This document shows positions 56,857 through 64,000 of a stretch of 64,000 nucleotides of DNA, piece by piece (the stretch's first letter is position 1; each line of letters begins with the position of its first letter). The translations under genes were made by a program, and so were the position numbers. The notes below the pieces were generated by a model. That model was not told the DNA's origin. It did not search any database and worked only from the letters and a program-made list of their open reading frames with translations. This DNA is from Candidatus Halobonum tyrrellensis G22 (GTDB taxonomy: Archaea; Halobacteriota; Halobacteria; Halobacteriales; Haloferacaceae): positions 8,000 to 71,999 of the forward strand of contig NZ_ASGZ01000029.1 in assembly GCF_000495475.1 (NCBI RefSeq). The letters run 5' to 3'.

Positions 56857-57298
56857 TTACCGCCCGCTCCCGCTCTCGCTCTGTGACGACTGGTCCTGAT
56901 TCCCCGACGAGGAACTGCCCTGGCTCCCGCTCCCCGACGAGGAACTGCCCTTGCTTCCGCTCCCCGACGAGGAACCGCCCTGGCTGCCGCTCCCCGACGA
57001 CTGTCCCGACTGGCCGATGTCCATCGGGAGCTTCTGTCGGAGTTCGTCGGCGAGCGACTCCACGCGGTGACGCACGGTGTTTATCTCCTCTTCGAACTGC
57101 TGGACGTTCCGCTCGACGTAGTGGACGCGCTTGGTGGGGATCTGTTTCATAACGTCGTTCCCCTCGTCGTCCGTACCCGACTTGACCGCCCAGTGGTCGC
57201 GGACGTACACCACTTGGTTGTTCTTCACCGTGACCTCCGTCTTCCCCTCGTCGGGGTCCTCGTACACGATGGTCGCCTGACCGTTCGGTAGCTCCGAC
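56857..57298 (-). CDS. hypothetical protein with a Ser/Gly-rich repetitive C-terminus
   Basis: 147 aa from ATG MSELPNGQATIVYEDPDEGKTEVTV; the C-terminal SGSGSQGGSSSGSGSKGSSSSGSGSQGSSSSG is encoded by three 33-bp tandem repeats (about 56893-57000). Confidence 0.5.
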
Positions 57299-57450
57299 AT
57301 GGCAGTAGTGGGTTCGGCTCGAAGCCCTGTATGCTCTCTGGCAGACGGCACGATACGGGTCGTCGAGTCGTACTCGGCTCTCACCGCCTGCCGCTCGTCC
57401 GCCGGGCCGAACGTCTCCCGGACCGTCCCCGATCACCGGGAAGGAGCGAC

Positions 57451-58779
57451 TCAGCCGTGTCGCGCGTCGATGCGGTCGGCGCACTCGTAGCCGGCGACCA
57501 CGCCGCCGTCGAGGCTGCGCTCGGGGTACTGCGCGCGGCTGGCCATGCCGGCGTAGTAGAGCCCCTCCGCCACCTCCTCGCCCAGGTCGTACGGCACGAC
57601 CAGGTCGAGGTAGCCCCGCTCGTAGACGGGCGCGGCCCGCGGCGCGCGCGCCAGCCGGAAGTCGCTCACCCACCGCCGCGAGAACCCCGGGAACATCTCG
57701 GCGAGGTGGTCGAGCCACCGCTCCTCCACCTCGTCGTCGCTCGCCTCCCAGAGCCACTCGTCGGGCGACTGGACGTAGCTGGCGACGTACAGCAGGTGGT
57801 CGCCGCCGTAGCGCGCGGGCGGGACGAAGTTGGTGTGTTCGACCAGCGCGCCAAACGGCGCGTCGTCGGCGACGTTGAGCCAGTAGGTGTCGGTGAGCTC
57901 CTTCTCCATCGTGACGACGGCGCAGACCGCCGCCTGAAAGTCGATGTCGCAGGGGTAGCCCGACAGCTCTTCGAGCACGTTCGGCATCGCCGCCACCACC
58001 ACCTCGTCGACGGCCTCCGTCCGCTCGCCCTCCTCGTCGTCGGAGTCGACGGTTATCTCCGAGACCGCACCCGCCTCGGTGGTCAGCCCCGTCACGCGCG
58101 CGCCCGTCTCGATGTGCTCGCGACCCACGTCGGCTACCAGCGCGTCGACGAGCGTGCGGAAGCCGCCGTCGAAGTAGCCGAGTATCTCCCCGCGCAACAG
58201 GTCGCGCTCGCCGCGGAACTTGATCCGGCCGAGCAGCCACGCCGCGCTCACGTCCCCCTTTCGCGAGCCGAACTTGGCGTCGAGCAGCGGGTCGAAGAAC
58301 GTCTCGTAGACGTTCTCGGTGGTGTGTTCGCGGGCGAACTCCACCGCCGACTGGTGCTCGAAGTCCTCCAGCCGCTCGTACGTGTCGAACGACGGCACCC
58401 CGCCGCGCACGTCCACGTCGAGCGTCAACATTCCGAGCCGGAACTTGTCGTAGAGGCTCCAGTGGGGGAAGGCGAGTATCTCCCACGGCGTGTCCATCGG
58501 GTACGTCTCGCCGTCGACGTAGTAGGCGTTCTTCCCGACCAGCCACTCCAGGTCGTCGCCGACGCCCACCTCCTCGGCGAGTTCGACGATGGTCTCCTCG
58601 GACTTCGAGAGGTGGTGGTAGAACTGCTCGACGTCGTCGCCCGCGGTCGGGTAGGTGCGCGCGAGTCCGCCGAGCGCCTCCGGCCCGCCGGCCTCGAACA
58701 CCCGAACGTCGTACCCCCGCTCGCGGAGTCGGCGCGCGGCGGAGAGCCCGGCGATGCCGCCGCCGACGATGGCGATCAT
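57451..58779 (-). CDS. NAD(P)/FAD-dependent oxidoreductase (amine-oxidase/protoporphyrinogen-oxidase/phytoene-desaturase-like)
   Basis: N-terminal dinucleotide fold MIAIVGGGIAGLSAARRL...V.E plus an amine-oxidase-like C-terminus; the start is placed at ATG MIAIVGGG, since the upstream 44 codons are Arg/Pro-rich. Confidence 0.75.
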   Translation of the reverse strand: MIAIVGGGIAGLSAARRLRERGYDVRVFEAGGPEALGGLARTYPTAGDDVEQFYHHLSKSEETIVELAEEVGVGDDLEWLVGKNAYYVDGETYPMDTPWEILAFPHWSLYDKFRLGMLTLDVDVRGGVPSFDTYERLEDFEHQSAVEFAREHTTENVYETFFDPLLDAKFGSRKGDVSAAWLLGRIKFRGERDLLRGEILGYFDGGFRTLVDALVADVGREHIETGARVTGLTTEAGAVSEITVDSDDEEGERTEAVDEVVVAAMPNVLEELSGYPCDIDFQAAVCAVVTMEKELTDTYWLNVADDAPFGALVEHTNFVPPARYGGDHLLYVASYVQSPDEWLWEASDDEVEERWLDHLAEMFPGFSRRWVSDFRLARAPRAAPVYERGYLDLVVPYDLGEEVAEGLYYAGMASRAQYPERSLDGGVVAGYECADRIDARHG

Positions 58780-58909
58780 GCGAGTGGGTCGACGCGGGAG
58801 GATTAAGCGCCTTCCCATTCGGCCTCGACGGGCGGCCGGGGCTGTGAGCCACGCGGGGCCGCCACCGCCGAACGCGTCTTTTACGGGCGACGACCGCCAA
58901 CCCCGGGGC

Positions 58910-59443
58910 ATGAGCCAACCGCGCGTCCCCGGCGGCGGGGGCGAGACGGTCGACCTCCCCTGCGAGGAGACGGTCCCCGTCCGTCAGTTCGACATGGGGA
59001 TGCGGGAGTTCGACTGCGACTGTGGCGCGACCCACGCCGTCGTCACCGACGTGAACCCGCCCGACCGCTTCCTCCCCGAGTTCCTCGTCTCGCTGCTACG
59101 TGACACCGTCGAGACCACCAGCGAGGAGATGCCGGAGTTCGGCACCCCCCACCTGATGGGGATGGTCCTCGAGGAGTTCCCGGGACAGGTCGTCGCCGAG
59201 GACGTGAGCGACGACCAGGACCTCGGCTACTCGATGCTGTGGGTGACCGAGTTCGACTCCCGACGGCTCCACGAGACCATCGTGGAACTCGTAATCGAGT
59301 TGATGGAGCACGCGGTGTCGCACGCGGACGACTCCGACGCGATGACCGAGTTCGAACAGCAGATGCTGGAGTTCGACGTGGGCGAGTTCGTCGAGCAGTA
59401 CCGCGCGGAGCGGGACCTCGACGCCGACGACGTGTACGTCTGA
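58910..59443 (+). CDS. hypothetical acidic protein
   Basis: 177 aa from ATG MSQPRVPGGGGETVDLPCEE...; normal, acidic haloarchaeal composition; immediately upstream of the second beta-helix paralog. Confidence 0.45.
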   Translation: MSQPRVPGGGGETVDLPCEETVPVRQFDMGMREFDCDCGATHAVVTDVNPPDRFLPEFLVSLLRDTVETTSEEMPEFGTPHLMGMVLEEFPGQVVAEDVSDDQDLGYSMLWVTEFDSRRLHETIVELVIELMEHAVSHADDSDAMTEFEQQMLEFDVGEFVEQYRAERDLDADDVYV

Positions 59444-59527
59444 GCCGCGACCGAGGACCCTCGTGGGAGAGGCACGCCGGTCGGACCGACCCGAGCGCTT
59501 TCACGCCGGCACGTCCAACCCCCGCGC

Positions 59528-60913
59528 GTGACTCCCGACCCGGACGCCGCGCCCCCGAGCTTTCCGGGCTACGACGCCGAACACCGAGTCGTCCCCGCGT
59601 CCGACGGGCGGACGACGCTCGACTTGGACTCGATAGCGCCGGGCGCCGACGTCGTCCTCCCCGACGGCGACGTCCACCTCCGCGGGCAGTTCGCGGCGGA
59701 CGGCGCGGGCGCGGTGCGCTTTCGCGCCGCCACCGGGGCGGAGCCGACGCTGGTCGTCCCGCCCGACTACAACCGGTTCGCAATCTCCGTTGCGGGCGAG
59801 CACTTCGTCTTCGACGGGATAGACGTCGACGTGGGCGAGGAGACGGGCGTCGCCGGGATCCGCGCACACGCCGACACGCTGTTGGTCCGCGACGTCGCGT
59901 TCGTCGGCCGGGGCACCCACCCCGACGGCGAGGTGACCAACTGCTTCAACCTCGCGGTCACCCACCCCGACGGGACGGGCGTCGTCCGGGACGTGGTCGC
60001 CGCCGAGGGGTCGACGTGGGCCCGCTACAAGGGCGGCGACGGTCGGATCTGGGCGTGGGTCGGCGGCGACCACGTCGGCGAACTCCGCGTCCAGCGCTGC
60101 CGGGTCGAGGAGTTCGGCAACAACGGGATATACGGGTCGGAAGCGCCGGGTCGGGTTGTCGTCGAGCGCTGTGCGTTCTGGAACAACAACGTCGCCTCCA
60201 TCAGGGTCGGCGCGGACGGCTGTACCGTCCGCGGCACCGTCGTGGGCGTCGACCCCGCGCGGTACGCCGGCCCGCGCGAACCCGCCCGCGAGTCGGAGTC
60301 GTTCTTCATGCGCGGGCTCTGGGTCGAAGCGAAGCGGGGGGCGCTCGACTCCCCCGGCCGCGTCACCCTCGACCGCTCCCGCGTGGTCGTCCGCGGAGGC
60401 GACGGCCGGGCGGACGCGAGCGGCGACGCGAGCCTCCCGACCGGGGTGTGCGGGGTGGTGGTCCGGCCGAACGCGGGCGCACTCGACGTTCGCGACGCCG
60501 ACGTCCGCGTCGACGCGCCGGGCGTCCCGCCGATACTGGCGAAGCGGCCCGGCACGGCCGGTCCCCACGCGTCGACCGACCCGCCGCACGACGTGACGCT
60601 CGAACGGACGCGCGTCGTCGACACCGCGCGGGTCGACGCACTGGTCTCCGTCACGGGCCGCGACCTGACCGTCGGCGACGGCTGCTGTCTGGAGGGGGAC
60701 GGGGACGGGACCGACGGGGTCGCCGTCGCGGACGGCGCGTGTTCGGTCGGCGCCTGTACGGTTCGCGTCCCCGGCGAGGCGGTCCGCGCGCCCGCGAGCC
60801 GCGTCGACCGCTCGCGGGTCGACACCGACGGCACCTGCGACGGTGAGTGGGGGAGCGTCGAGGCCGCCCCGCCGGTCCGGGCGGTCGACCTGCCGGGCGT
60901 GCCGCCGGCGTAG
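59528..60913 (+). CDS. right-handed parallel beta-helix repeat protein, no signal peptide (paralog of 1604-3268)
   Basis: 461 aa, GTG start; shares the VTNCF..ARYKGGDGR..EFGNNGIYGS..AFWNNNVASIRVG..RPNAGAL blocks with the first copy, and has a Cys-rich C-terminus (GDGCCLEGDG...CSVGAC). Confidence 0.7.
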   Translation: MTPDPDAAPPSFPGYDAEHRVVPASDGRTTLDLDSIAPGADVVLPDGDVHLRGQFAADGAGAVRFRAATGAEPTLVVPPDYNRFAISVAGEHFVFDGIDVDVGEETGVAGIRAHADTLLVRDVAFVGRGTHPDGEVTNCFNLAVTHPDGTGVVRDVVAAEGSTWARYKGGDGRIWAWVGGDHVGELRVQRCRVEEFGNNGIYGSEAPGRVVVERCAFWNNNVASIRVGADGCTVRGTVVGVDPARYAGPREPARESESFFMRGLWVEAKRGALDSPGRVTLDRSRVVVRGGDGRADASGDASLPTGVCGVVVRPNAGALDVRDADVRVDAPGVPPILAKRPGTAGPHASTDPPHDVTLERTRVVDTARVDALVSVTGRDLTVGDGCCLEGDGDGTDGVAVADGACSVGACTVRVPGEAVRAPASRVDRSRVDTDGTCDGEWGSVEAAPPVRAVDLPGVPPA

Positions 60914-61026
60914 CCCGAACGCGGCCCACACCGTGTCACTCCGTCTCACTTCGAATCTCGTAACTGCGCTACGAATATCGTCCCAAGTCGCCGGCCTTAT
61001 TACGATGAACGCACTCGCTCGGGGTA

Positions 61027-64000
<2,974 letters not shown>

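Overview
This window is a GC-rich (about 65-70%) haloarchaeal (Halobacteria) chromosomal segment, densely packed with housekeeping genes. The gene order lonB + CPBP protease, trpCBA, ADH synthase, DHQ synthase II, aroD, tfb and an AglD-like GT2 is reminiscent of Haloferax-type genomes, though I state no species. Recognisable genes: a TRAM protein, SAM-dependent methyltransferases, nadM, lonB with its CPBP/Abi-type membrane protease, two transporters (an APC-superfamily permease and TauE/SafE), an SLC13 permease, csp, trpC-trpB-trpA, archaeal shikimate-pathway genes (ADH synthase, DHQ synthase II, aroD), tfb, a BtuF-like binding protein, a DUF84 NTPase, an AglD-like GT2 fusion, a stomatin/NfeD operon, pyruvate kinase, dnaG, gpmI, pdxS, thrB, a GNAT/Eis-like acetyltransferase, an SDR, tRNA-Ile(GAT), FxsA, a DUF255 thioredoxin-domain protein, a TrmB regulator, mptA, FAD oxidoreductases and the start of carB. 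I found no CRISPR, rRNA, integrase or obvious prophage. Local oddities worth a second look: (1) a frameshifted copy of the CPBP gene's 3' end lies 2.7 kb away, flanking a two-transporter insert; (2) two diverged paralogous cytoplasmic beta-helix proteins sit near opposite ends of the window; (3) a lower-GC Doc/Fic toxin gene with a small downstream ORF sits between the two shikimate genes; (4) an MGMT-family protein has PDHRV where the active site PCHRV is expected; (5) a six-copy 22-bp degenerate tandem array lies upstream of the TrmB regulator gene; (6) a 22-bp perfect palindrome lies next to TauE; (7) a Tat-secreted 744-aa protein carries a Vps62-like motif. Much of the six-frame track is spurious Arg/Pro-rich antisense ORFs, as is typical of high-GC DNA.
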